DNA of 63,429 nucleotides, the filler included. It is 5 parts of 5 records of this genome, joined end to end, with 100 filler letters (N's around TTAATTAATTAA, not from the genome) between each part and the next. Parts side by side here need not be neighbours in the genome. Positions count along the whole stretch, not along the records: positions 7,487 to 29,673 come from DRR723986_16209; 4 more parts are not named here. The stretch is one strand, 5' to 3'. The stretch's first letter is position 1. Every line of letters begins with the position of its first letter. The position numbers and the translations under genes were made by a program. The notes beneath the pieces were generated by a model. That model did not search any database, was not told the origin of the DNA, and saw only the letters and a list, made by a program, of their open reading frames with translations. Positions 9,996 through 18,437 of this stretch are shown piece after piece.

Positions 9996-10838
9996 ATGAG
10001 CCAACAAAGAAGTGAAAAATTAAAATCCCTTCTCAACGAGGTGCCTCCAGGCTTCCTGGTCGATGCTTCATGGCTTGTCGGCCGGAAAATCGATCGTAAG
10101 TCGATCCTGAACTATGAGCGGCGCGGCTGGCTCGAAAAGGTAACGCGTGGCCTCTACAGGCGACCGTTTGGGTCGTCTGAAGCTGACAGCGCAGGACAGA
10201 ACTGGAAGGTCACGGTTCTATCGATGCAGCGGCTCATGAACTACGATGTTCATGTGGGTGGCAAGACTGCGCTCAATACGCATGGCTTTGTCCACTACCT
10301 GTCATTTGGAGCAGACGAACCAATATATTTATACGGCAAGCCTCCAGCGTGGTTGAAACGCTTGCCAGATGCGGACCGTTACGTGACCCGTACTCTTAAC
10401 CTGTTTGGGGACGGAACAATCGGCGTCGAGAATTCGGTCACATCGCTTGGCGATTCGGGCAACCATCTCACCCTCAGTCCCTGGCGATGGAAATTGACTG
10501 TCTCATCACCTGAGCGCGCCATATTGGAACTTCTGGACGAACTACCAGACCATGAAAGTTTTCACATCGCCGACATGGCGTTCGAGAGCCTGAGCGGTTT
10601 ACGTCCGGCAAAGATGCAGGATCTTCTTGAAGCTTGCCGAAGCATCAAGGTCAAGCGCCTTTTTTTCATGTTTGCCGACCGGCATAATCACGCTTGGCGA
10701 AAATATCTGGACCTGAAAAAGGTCAACCTGGGCTCAGGTCCTCGAGCGCTGGTCGAAGGTGGAAAATTTCACCCCGCATATAAGATCTCGGTTCCTGCGG
10801 AGTATCTGCCAGGGCAGGGGGACGATGATGGCGCGTGA
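9996..10838 (+). CDS. abiEi: Type IV toxin-antitoxin antitoxin AbiEi
   Basis: wHTH N-terminus (GWLEKVTRGLYRR), HVGGKTAL, SSPERAILELL, LLEACRSIKVKRLF, LGSGPR. Confidence 0.9.
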   Translation: MSQQRSEKLKSLLNEVPPGFLVDASWLVGRKIDRKSILNYERRGWLEKVTRGLYRRPFGSSEADSAGQNWKVTVLSMQRLMNYDVHVGGKTALNTHGFVHYLSFGADEPIYLYGKPPAWLKRLPDADRYVTRTLNLFGDGTIGVENSVTSLGDSGNHLTLSPWRWKLTVSSPERAILELLDELPDHESFHIADMAFESLSGLRPAKMQDLLEACRSIKVKRLFFMFADRHNHAWRKYLDLKKVNLGSGPRALVEGGKFHPAYKISVPAEYLPGQGDDDGA

Positions 10839-11742
10839 GCGGTATACCGAACAGGTGCGATTGCTTGTCAGTCTGCTGCCAATTGTTTCGCAAGAAACAG
10901 ACTTTGCCTTGAAGGGTGGGACAGCAATCAATCTCTTCTATCGGAACCTACCCCGCCTGTCGGTGGACATCGACCTCACTTATGTTCCGGTCAAGGAACG
11001 AGCGGAATCCCTCGCCGACATCAATGCCGCGATGGACCGAATTGCAACAGCAATAAACTTGCTTCCTGGAGTGACGGGTAGGCGCATAGCTGGCGGTGGG
11101 CGTGGTGACACGCGGGTCGAGGCCGTGGCTGGCAATTTGGGCGTAAAAATCGAGACCTCTCCAGTTGCGCGCGGAACGGTACTGGCTCCAGAAACCAGGC
11201 GCGTTTCTCCCGCGGTGGAAAGCCAGTTCCGATTTGCCGAAATGCAGGTCGTTTCTTTTGAAGACCTCTATGGCGGCAAATTTCATGCAGCCCTTGATCG
11301 TCAGCATCCTCGAGACCTTTATGATGTGAAGCTGCTCTACGAAAACGAGGGCATCACTGACGATCTCTTTCGTGTTTTCCTTGTCTATGTTGCGTGTTCC
11401 GCTCGACCGCCACATGAGCTGATCAACCCGAATCCGCAAGCGCTCCGAGACCTTTTCGATAAGGAATTTGCTGGGATGACGGTCGAGCCGGTGACAGTTA
11501 AAGAGCTTGAAGATGTCCGCACTCGGTTTTTCGCAGACATCCAGGCCCGCTTGACCGGGCCTAGCGCGGCTTTTCTCAGATCGCTTCAGGCAGGGGCGCC
11601 CGATTTCACACTCATTGATTTGCCAGAAGCGGTCAATCTACCAGCAATACTTTGGAAGTTGCGCAATCTTGAAAGGCTCATTGCAGAGAATCCGAAAAAG
11701 CACAAAGAGCAGTCTGAAGCGCTTGAGGCGCTACTTTTCTAA
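10825..11742 (+). CDS. abiEii: Type IV TA toxin AbiEii (nucleotidyltransferase)
   Basis: FALKGGTAINLF..LPRLSVDIDL, GGKFHAALDRQHPRDLYD; overlaps abiEi. Confidence 0.93.
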   Translation: MMARERYTEQVRLLVSLLPIVSQETDFALKGGTAINLFYRNLPRLSVDIDLTYVPVKERAESLADINAAMDRIATAINLLPGVTGRRIAGGGRGDTRVEAVAGNLGVKIETSPVARGTVLAPETRRVSPAVESQFRFAEMQVVSFEDLYGGKFHAALDRQHPRDLYDVKLLYENEGITDDLFRVFLVYVACSARPPHELINPNPQALRDLFDKEFAGMTVEPVTVKELEDVRTRFFADIQARLTGPSAAFLRSLQAGAPDFTLIDLPEAVNLPAILWKLRNLERLIAENPKKHKEQSEALEALLF

Positions 11743-11884
11743 TCATAGGAAAGTTGTCAGCCCGTAGTGATTTCCGGAAGCCTTGCTCATGCCAAGCAGC
11801 GCAGGTCCTGGCACGCCAAACAACCGTGGGCTCAGATTTGCGGGGAAAACATATGGTACCGAGTAGCGTCCAAAATCGTGATAT

Positions 11885-12180
11885 CGGTCGGTCCCATGCG
11901 AGGGTGGACAGATTTTGATTTTAAATCAGGGTGTTGCGTGTGGGCGTGTGCAGTCAGTTCCAAGGATATGAAAATTAATCCCAATAAAACAATGGTGTAA
12001 ATTTCTACAATTGTACCCAAAAGCTGAGTTTTTCGGGAAATGAAAGACAAAAAACCAAATAAAAACAAAGATTTAAACTACCGTTTCTCCGTGGCTCCCA
12101 TGATGGATCGGAATAAAAAGATATAAGTATCAAATAGTTATGGGGCTCCGTGTGCGCTCCGTGTGCGGTTACAAAATTTC
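11885..12180 (+). repeat. dusA-att-like repeat, copy A (two cores plus GTGTGC arm repeats)
   Basis: Core 1 reads ISVGPMRGWTD; core 2 is a mini-ORF 12040-12126 MKDKKPNKNKDLNYRFSVAPMMDRNKKI*; both resemble the DusA N-terminus RFSVAPMMDWTD; homologous to 21053-21345. Confidence 0.8.
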
Positions 12181-12693
12181 AATGTTGTGGATAAAGATCT
12201 GTAGACCGAATAAGTTTCAGCTCGAGAGTCACCGGATTTTTCCTTGGCTCTCTGCGCCAATTTTAGCGGGCTGAGGGAGGGATTGGGCGGGATGCAGCAG
12301 GGGCGTGACCTCGCAAGGAGTGATTGTGCTTCCTGTATCACTGGCTCAAAGCCGAGCAGGCTTCCGGGTGCCCTACGATCGTCAGTGCCCAAATGCCGCA
12401 CATTAGATTAGGCGAGAGCCTCTCATCAACAGCGACCGGCGTGGTCCTATTCAGTTCTATGTCCTTTTTTGAAGTTGCTCCGGTCGACCCGGACGAACTC
12501 GACTATGCTGTTATCGAGTGCTGTGCGATGGCGGCCATTTGGTTTGACGAAGTTTTCGACCCGTTTCGGAATATGACGGAGTTCAAGCTGGGGCAGGTGC
12601 CCCACCCAATCAGGTGTGGAACCCGTCTCAGGACCGCGTATGCATATGGCATCGAGCTGTCCGAGGGCTCAAAAATGAGTTGACCGACGAGGG

Positions 12694-12733
12694 CCAACAA
12701 ATAAACTGTCAGTGGTGACAATTTATTTGTTGG
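12694..12733. promoter_or_regulatory. 18-bp-arm inverted repeat, candidate TetR operator
   Basis: CCAACAAATAAACTGTCA-GTGG-TGACAATTTATTTGTTGG (1 mismatch) touching the GGAGG RBS of the TetR gene. Confidence 0.75.
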
Positions 12734-12741
12734 AGGATGAT

Positions 12742-13329
12742 TTGGGGCGGCCACCGATGGGAGAGGAACGGCGCGAAGAAATTCTTGCTGCGTTTGAGCG
12801 ATGCGTTGTCAGGAAGGGGCTTGCCAAGACAACACTTACGGATGTTGCAGCAGAGGCTGGGCAACCGCGACCGCTCGTGCGGCATTTCATAGGCAACCGG
12901 GATGATATGGTAGGTGCACTTATCGACCGGCTTCTTGAGCGGGGTGAGTCGCAGATAAGCAGATTGCCGGCCGGGCGCGATACACAACACACGGTCGACC
13001 TGCTGCTCGAAGCCGCCTTTGCAGACATGACGACCAACGTCCTCATCATGGAACTCTGGCACCTCGCCCTGCGAGACGTTCCGCTTCGTAAACGGCTTGC
13101 TGCGATCTATGAAAGCTTAATTCTTGAGGTTGCCGCTTTGACCGGAGGCGCTGACAAGAAAGCGGCGACGGGCAGAGAGCATGCCTTTGCGGTCGTATCG
13201 ATGGCTTTCGGCGCGGCCTTCTTCCAGCACCTCGGCGTCCTTCCCGCAAATACCGAAACGGTTCGCAGCGTAGCGGCAGATATTCTTGCTGGTGACGGCG
13301 CCAATACAAAGAAATCAAAGGGGAAGTGA
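12742..13329 (+). CDS. TetR family regulator
   Basis: GRPPMGEERREEILAAF...GLAKTTLTDVAAEAG HTH; TTG start after GGAGG. Confidence 0.9.
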   Translation: MGRPPMGEERREEILAAFERCVVRKGLAKTTLTDVAAEAGQPRPLVRHFIGNRDDMVGALIDRLLERGESQISRLPAGRDTQHTVDLLLEAAFADMTTNVLIMELWHLALRDVPLRKRLAAIYESLILEVAALTGGADKKAATGREHAFAVVSMAFGAAFFQHLGVLPANTETVRSVAADILAGDGANTKKSKGK

Positions 13330-13330
13330 A

Positions 13331-14476
13331 ATGCCAGACCAGAGCCCAACCGACCTCGCACTGTTTACAGGCAAACCTCAGTTCGATAATTTCGCTCGCT
13401 TCAAGACGTTGCTGCCGACAACGTGCATGGCGGCATCTTCGGTTCCCTATCAATTCGCAGAAGGCCCGGCCCTCGACCTACCGGAACGGTACAGTTTCGA
13501 AGGCGCGGAACGCTCTACGAACGATTTCCTGGAAGAAACCCACACATGTGGTTTGATTGCCCTGCAGGATGGCAAGGTAAGGTTCGAACGCTACATGCGG
13601 AGTGGCGGTCGCGATGTGCAGTGGATTTCATGGTCAGTTGCCAAGAGCTTCGTTTCAGCACTGGTCGGTATTGCCGTCGATGAAGGCGGCATCCGGGACA
13701 TTTCCGATCCGATCAGCGACTATATAACTGTCGAGCCGGGATCTGCCTATGATGGCGTTAGCATACGAAATGTATTGCAGATGTCCTCGGGCGCGCGCTG
13801 GAACGAGGATTACAATGACCCCGGCTCTGAAGTGCATCGGCTGGCCGCCGCGATGTCCGGCGTCATGTCGCTTGAGCAATTTGTTGCGACGATGGTGCCG
13901 GAGTCAGAACCCGGTTCGGTCTGCCGTTACAACTCCGGTGACACGCAGGCGCTGGGCGCGCTGCTGGTTCATGCGACGGGACGTTCACTGACAGACTATA
14001 TGCAGGAAAAACTGGTTGAGCCCCTGGGTTTCGAGTCCGATAGCTACTGGCTGATCGATGCGACCGGAATGGAAATGGCATTTGCCGGCCTGAATGTGAC
14101 GGCACGCGATTTCGCCAAGTTTGGCGAACTCTATCGCAATGACGGTAACTGGAATGGCAGACAGATCGTGCCCGAAGCCTGGGTCAGGGCTTCGGTCCGA
14201 GCGGATGCGCCTCACCTCAAACCAGGCCAGCCCATTCTTGCCGACCATACTCTCGATCTCGGGTATGGATACCAATGGTGGCTTCCGGATGGCGAGCGCG
14301 GGGAATTCAGTGCCATCGGCGTCTACAACCAGCTTGTCTATGTTGACCCGTCGCGGGATGTCACGATTGTGAAGCTCTCGGCAAATCCCGCCTATGGTAC
14401 CAGCATGGATGAGTCCACCAATCGGGAGATGGAGAATATTGCACTTCTTCGGGCGATCAGCGCGGCTGTGGGCTGA
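13331..14476 (+). CDS. Serine hydrolase, class C beta-lactamase / NylB-like fold
   Basis: SWSVAKS (SxxK), YNSGD (YxS), GYGYQWW, AIGVYNQ; no signal peptide. Confidence 0.9.
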   Translation: MPDQSPTDLALFTGKPQFDNFARFKTLLPTTCMAASSVPYQFAEGPALDLPERYSFEGAERSTNDFLEETHTCGLIALQDGKVRFERYMRSGGRDVQWISWSVAKSFVSALVGIAVDEGGIRDISDPISDYITVEPGSAYDGVSIRNVLQMSSGARWNEDYNDPGSEVHRLAAAMSGVMSLEQFVATMVPESEPGSVCRYNSGDTQALGALLVHATGRSLTDYMQEKLVEPLGFESDSYWLIDATGMEMAFAGLNVTARDFAKFGELYRNDGNWNGRQIVPEAWVRASVRADAPHLKPGQPILADHTLDLGYGYQWWLPDGERGEFSAIGVYNQLVYVDPSRDVTIVKLSANPAYGTSMDESTNREMENIALLRAISAAVG

Positions 14477-14561
14477 CAATGCGACCGCACTGGCGTCTCG
14501 GAAGACTCTGGAGCGTCGCTTGAATTGATGCCAGGGATGTGACCCTCATCGCCTTCGAAAT

Positions 14562-15221
14562 CTATGTCGGTGCGCTGTCGTCGTTAGACCATCTTGGCGC
14601 TCGGGCCAGTGCCGCGCGAAATTCCCGCTTCGCGTCTGCTGTGAGGCAGGGCAGCAACACGGCATAGTGATGTTCGATCCCTCGTTCCTGGTCGTTCCAG
14701 GTAATCTCCTCGCGTCCTTCGAATTCGTTCAAATAATCCATCCAATACCGGCTTACGATCCAAATTGCCCGCGTGAGGACAAGCAGGTCCGCAACGACAT
14801 CCCGTCGGAACATGCCCGCGGCATCAATCCTTTTCAGGAGGGAGTGCAGCTCGTCAAAGTCTGCTGTAAGCTCCGAATCCGAATTGCGTACATCAATGCC
14901 TGAAGCAAACTGAGTCCGGTCCCGGAATAAGAAGCGGTGGTTCCAGGTCAGGTTCATTGCGAAGAGCAGGTGCTCGACATAATCGTCAGCAATATTGCCA
15001 GGGCGGAGATTTTTTCGCCGGGTTCGCGAACGCTTGCGCGCATCTGCCTCAATTCTCAAAACGAGGTCGCGTTTCGTCGGGAAATGATAGGTCAGGTTAC
15101 CCTGCGAAATGCCAATTTCCGCTGCAATCTCATTCAGAGACGTCGCAGCGTATCCCTTTGCGTTGAACAGCCGCCGTCCGGCTTCGGCAATCCGGTCCGC
15201 AGTCGACATTCCTGCACCCAT
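14562..15221 (-). CDS. TetR family regulator (start may be 15209)
   Basis: RRLFNAKGYAATSLNEIAAEIGISQGNLTYHFPTK. Confidence 0.92.
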   Translation of the reverse strand: MGAGMSTADRIAEAGRRLFNAKGYAATSLNEIAAEIGISQGNLTYHFPTKRDLVLRIEADARKRSRTRRKNLRPGNIADDYVEHLLFAMNLTWNHRFLFRDRTQFASGIDVRNSDSELTADFDELHSLLKRIDAAGMFRRDVVADLLVLTRAIWIVSRYWMDYLNEFEGREEITWNDQERGIEHHYAVLLPCLTADAKREFRAALARAPRWSNDDSAPT

Positions 15222-15265
15222 GCAGCTTCTCCGATTTTGATTGATTTAGATCAGTATTGACCATT

Positions 15266-15301
15266 TAGGTTTTATAACCTAGAAATAGGTCAAGCAACCT
15301 A
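15266..15301. promoter_or_regulatory. Two tandem 16-bp palindromes, candidate TetR operators
   Basis: TAGGTT-TTAT-AACCTA (15266-15281) and TAGGTC-AAGC-AACCTA (15286-15301) between divergent tetR and GMC genes. Confidence 0.7.
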
Positions 15302-15334
15302 ATCGAAGAAATTTGGTTGCCCGGAGGATCTGAG

Positions 15335-16816
15335 ATGAAGTCTGCATCGAAGCACATAATTGTCGTTGGCGGGGGCACGTCGGGGTCGGTTCTTGCAGCT
15401 CGCCTCAGCGAAAATCCGGGCCTGAACATCACATTGCTTGAGATCGGTGCAGATGATGCTGCTTATGGCGATGGTATTCTGGACCCTGCGCGCGCCCCCG
15501 AGGCCTGGCTCGGCATGCAGCCCGTCGCCATGACACCGATGCAGAATGGGGCCGGAGTGATCCCAATGATTCAAGGCCGCCTGCTTGGCGGAACCTCCGC
15601 TGTGAACGGCCTCGCGACCCTTCGCGGCTTGCCGGAAGATTACGATGGCTGGGCCGCGATGGGGCTTTCGGGCTGGGGTTGGGGCGATGTCAAAGACACT
15701 TTCATCGCTGCGGAAACCGATAAGGATTTCGGATCGTCACCCATCCACGGCAGTAGCGGTCCGCTTCCTGTCAGACGCTGGCGCAGGGAAGAGATGGGGC
15801 GGGCACAGCTTGCCTTCTATGATGGCATGGTGGAGCTCGGTGCTCGTACTGTCGACGACATCAATGATCCCAGCCAGTTGCCGGGCCTTGGTATTTTCCC
15901 GGTGACGATCGATGATGATGCCAACCGGGTGACCACGAGTCGCGCCTATCTGACGCCCCTGGTGAGGGCACGCGAAAATCTGACGATCCGTACACAAGCG
16001 GAAGTGGCCAGTCTTGTCATCGAGAAGCGCCGGGTCAGGGGCATTATTCTCTCGACCGGTGAAGCTATAGAAGGTGACGAGGTCGTCGTGACCGCTGGTG
16101 CGCTCTGGACGCCGAACCTTCTGATGCGGTCTGGCATCGGGCCAGCCGGTCATCTGGCCGACCATGGCATCTCGGTGCATGCCGATTTGCCGGTGGGCGA
16201 AACCATGAGCGACCATATTGGTCCGGGATTGCGGTACAGTCATGACGGGCCGCGGGGAGGGACAGCGGGGCCAGCACAATCCTTGCTCATTGGCGCCTCC
16301 AACGGCGTTGATATCGACTACCACGCATTCCCGATTGCGCCGCCACTGCGGGATGGGCCGACTGAGTTTGTGATTGCGGTCTTCCTGCTTCGTTCGTCCG
16401 GCTTGGGCAGTGTCAGGCTGGCAGAAAGACCCGGAGATGGCCCGACTGTCACGGCGCCGCCTTTGCCCGATGATGCGAATGAGAGGCTGCATCATGCGTT
16501 CATGCGCATCGCTGCATGGGAAACTTCAGCAGCTGCAAAGGCGCTCGGAAGCTCTCCGATTGACCCGCTGGATCTCAAAGACCCTGAAGCCCCCGGCATT
16601 GCGCGCGAACGTTACACGATCAGCTACGGCCATATGGCTGGTACCTGCCCGATGGGGACTGTCCTGGACGCCGATTGCCGGGTTCTCGGCATCGAGGGAC
16701 TGCGTGTCGCGGATGCTTCGGTGATGCCGACCATTCCTTCGGGCAACACCTATCTGGGCTGCGTGATGGTTGCCGAGCGGATTGCTCGGAAAATGATGGC
16801 TGAAGTGCGGGTCTGA
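15335..16816 (+). CDS. GMC family flavin oxidoreductase
   Basis: VVGGGTSGSVLAARLSE, GRLLGGTSAVNG, TPNLLMRSGIG, HMAGTC, LRVADASVMP, SGNT. Confidence 0.93.
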   Translation: MKSASKHIIVVGGGTSGSVLAARLSENPGLNITLLEIGADDAAYGDGILDPARAPEAWLGMQPVAMTPMQNGAGVIPMIQGRLLGGTSAVNGLATLRGLPEDYDGWAAMGLSGWGWGDVKDTFIAAETDKDFGSSPIHGSSGPLPVRRWRREEMGRAQLAFYDGMVELGARTVDDINDPSQLPGLGIFPVTIDDDANRVTTSRAYLTPLVRARENLTIRTQAEVASLVIEKRRVRGIILSTGEAIEGDEVVVTAGALWTPNLLMRSGIGPAGHLADHGISVHADLPVGETMSDHIGPGLRYSHDGPRGGTAGPAQSLLIGASNGVDIDYHAFPIAPPLRDGPTEFVIAVFLLRSSGLGSVRLAERPGDGPTVTAPPLPDDANERLHHAFMRIAAWETSAAAKALGSSPIDPLDLKDPEAPGIARERYTISYGHMAGTCPMGTVLDADCRVLGIEGLRVADASVMPTIPSGNTYLGCVMVAERIARKMMAEVRV

Positions 16817-16875
16817 CCGAGGGCCGGCTCTGTCGAGTAGCCTGACTGACGCAATGCGATGAGGGATCCCTTAAG

Positions 16876-17532
16876 ATGTCAAAGAATGTCGATGTTTATT
16901 GGTCTTTCAGAAGTCCGTACTCGTATCTGGTTACACCAGATCTTCTGCGCCTTCGCGACGATTTTGATGTGACGGTGAAACTGCGCCCCGTCCTGCCCAT
17001 TGCCCTGCGTGCCAAGGCAACGGTTTTTGATGCGCATGACAGGAAGCGCCCGCGCTACATCGTCATGGATGCGCGCCGTCGGGCAGAGTTTCTGGGATTG
17101 CCCTTCAGATGGCCCGACCCTGATCCGGTCATCCAGAATCGGGAGACTTTTGAGGTCCCGTCTGAGCAACCCCTTATCTGGCGCCTGACAGGGCTTGGTA
17201 TCGAGGCCGAACGGCGCGGGAAGGGGATCGACTTTGCCCACTCAGTCTCCGCGCTGCTGTGGAACGGCACGACAGGCTGGGACAGGGGCGAACACCTGGC
17301 GACCGCAACTAAAAATGCGGGCTTGGACCTCGCCGAGTTAGAGGCCGCGATCTCTGCGGACTCAATCCGGGCAGATGTTGAGAGAAACCATGAAGCGTTG
17401 GAAGCCGCCGGTCATTGGGGCGTGCCAACCATGGTGTTCAATGGCGAGCCTTTCTTTGGTCAGGACAGGATCGACACGCTTCGCTGGCGTCTCGATCAAG
17501 CCGGTCTGAGAGAAGAGCCCGGTACTCCTTAA
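16876..17532 (+). CDS. 2-hydroxychromene-2-carboxylate isomerase / DsbA (GST-kappa) family
   Basis: YWSFRSPYSYL, GHWGVPT, EPFFGQDR. Confidence 0.9.
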   Translation: MSKNVDVYWSFRSPYSYLVTPDLLRLRDDFDVTVKLRPVLPIALRAKATVFDAHDRKRPRYIVMDARRRAEFLGLPFRWPDPDPVIQNRETFEVPSEQPLIWRLTGLGIEAERRGKGIDFAHSVSALLWNGTTGWDRGEHLATATKNAGLDLAELEAAISADSIRADVERNHEALEAAGHWGVPTMVFNGEPFFGQDRIDTLRWRLDQAGLREEPGTP

Positions 17533-17573
17533 GCGTAGAAACCCAAGAGCGAATTAGGAAAGGGAGGATAAAT

Positions 17574-18368
17574 ATGGATCTCAAGATCAAAGGTAAAAAA
17601 GCAATCATGGCAGGCGGCAGCGCGGGTATGGGCCGCGCCACGGCAGAACGACTGGCTGAGGCAGGCGTCGATCTCTACATTACCGCACGCCGGGAGGAAC
17701 GCTTGAGAAAGGCGGCTGCCGAAATCTCGGAAAAATTTGGAACCAGTGTGACACCGGTCGTTGCTGATTCTTCGACCGAGGAGGGCCGCAATGCCCTGTT
17801 CGCCGCCTGTCCGGACCCGGACATTCTCGCGATCACCATCAAACCTCCGGCGCCGAATGGAAATTTCCTGAACGTGACGCCGGACATGTGGCGCTCATCA
17901 ATCGAAACCACGCTGGTCGGCCCTATCGAGATCATGCGTCACTACATCCCTGCGATGAAAGAAAAGGGGTGGGGGCGGATCCTGAATATCGCCACCTTCT
18001 CGGCAAAGAATCCGATGATCTGGCGTCTCATGTCCGGACCCGCACGTTCCGCGCTCATCAACTATACGGCCAGTGTTTCGCGCGAAGTCGCCCAGCACGG
18101 GGTCATCATGAACAATATCCTGCCGGGAATTTTCGAGACCGAAGGCATGGCCGAGAATCGCCAGGCCTATGCAGATGCGTTCGGTCTTGAGCCCGTGCAG
18201 GAGATCGTTCGCGAGCACTTCATTTCGCATAACAGAATACCAGCAGGATTTATGGGGAATGCAGACGATCTGGCACCGATGGCTGCCCTGCTATGCAGTG
18301 AGTTGGCGCGCTTCATCGTGGGCCAAAACATCGTGATCGATGGCGGTCAGCACTACTCGATCTTCTAG
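17574..18368 (+). CDS. Short-chain dehydrogenase/reductase
   Basis: MDLKIKGKKA..GGSAGMG, WGRILNI, NNILPG, GQNIVIDGG. Confidence 0.9.
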   Translation: MDLKIKGKKAIMAGGSAGMGRATAERLAEAGVDLYITARREERLRKAAAEISEKFGTSVTPVVADSSTEEGRNALFAACPDPDILAITIKPPAPNGNFLNVTPDMWRSSIETTLVGPIEIMRHYIPAMKEKGWGRILNIATFSAKNPMIWRLMSGPARSALINYTASVSREVAQHGVIMNNILPGIFETEGMAENRQAYADAFGLEPVQEIVREHFISHNRIPAGFMGNADDLAPMAALLCSELARFIVGQNIVIDGGQHYSIF

Positions 18369-18437
18369 CTGACCATACGATTGGCTCCAGCGAAGGGCCA
18401 CATCGATCTGTATGATATCCAGAGCGAGGCCAAAGTC

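Noticed and set aside
12324-12683. 119-aa ORF between att copy A and tetR
   Set aside because: No RBS or recognisable motif; possibly a decayed remnant, cannot support a call
17574-18368. SDR lacks the YxxxK catalytic motif (has MSGPAR)
   Set aside because: SxxxR variants are a common SDR subgroup, so not evidence of novelty or decay
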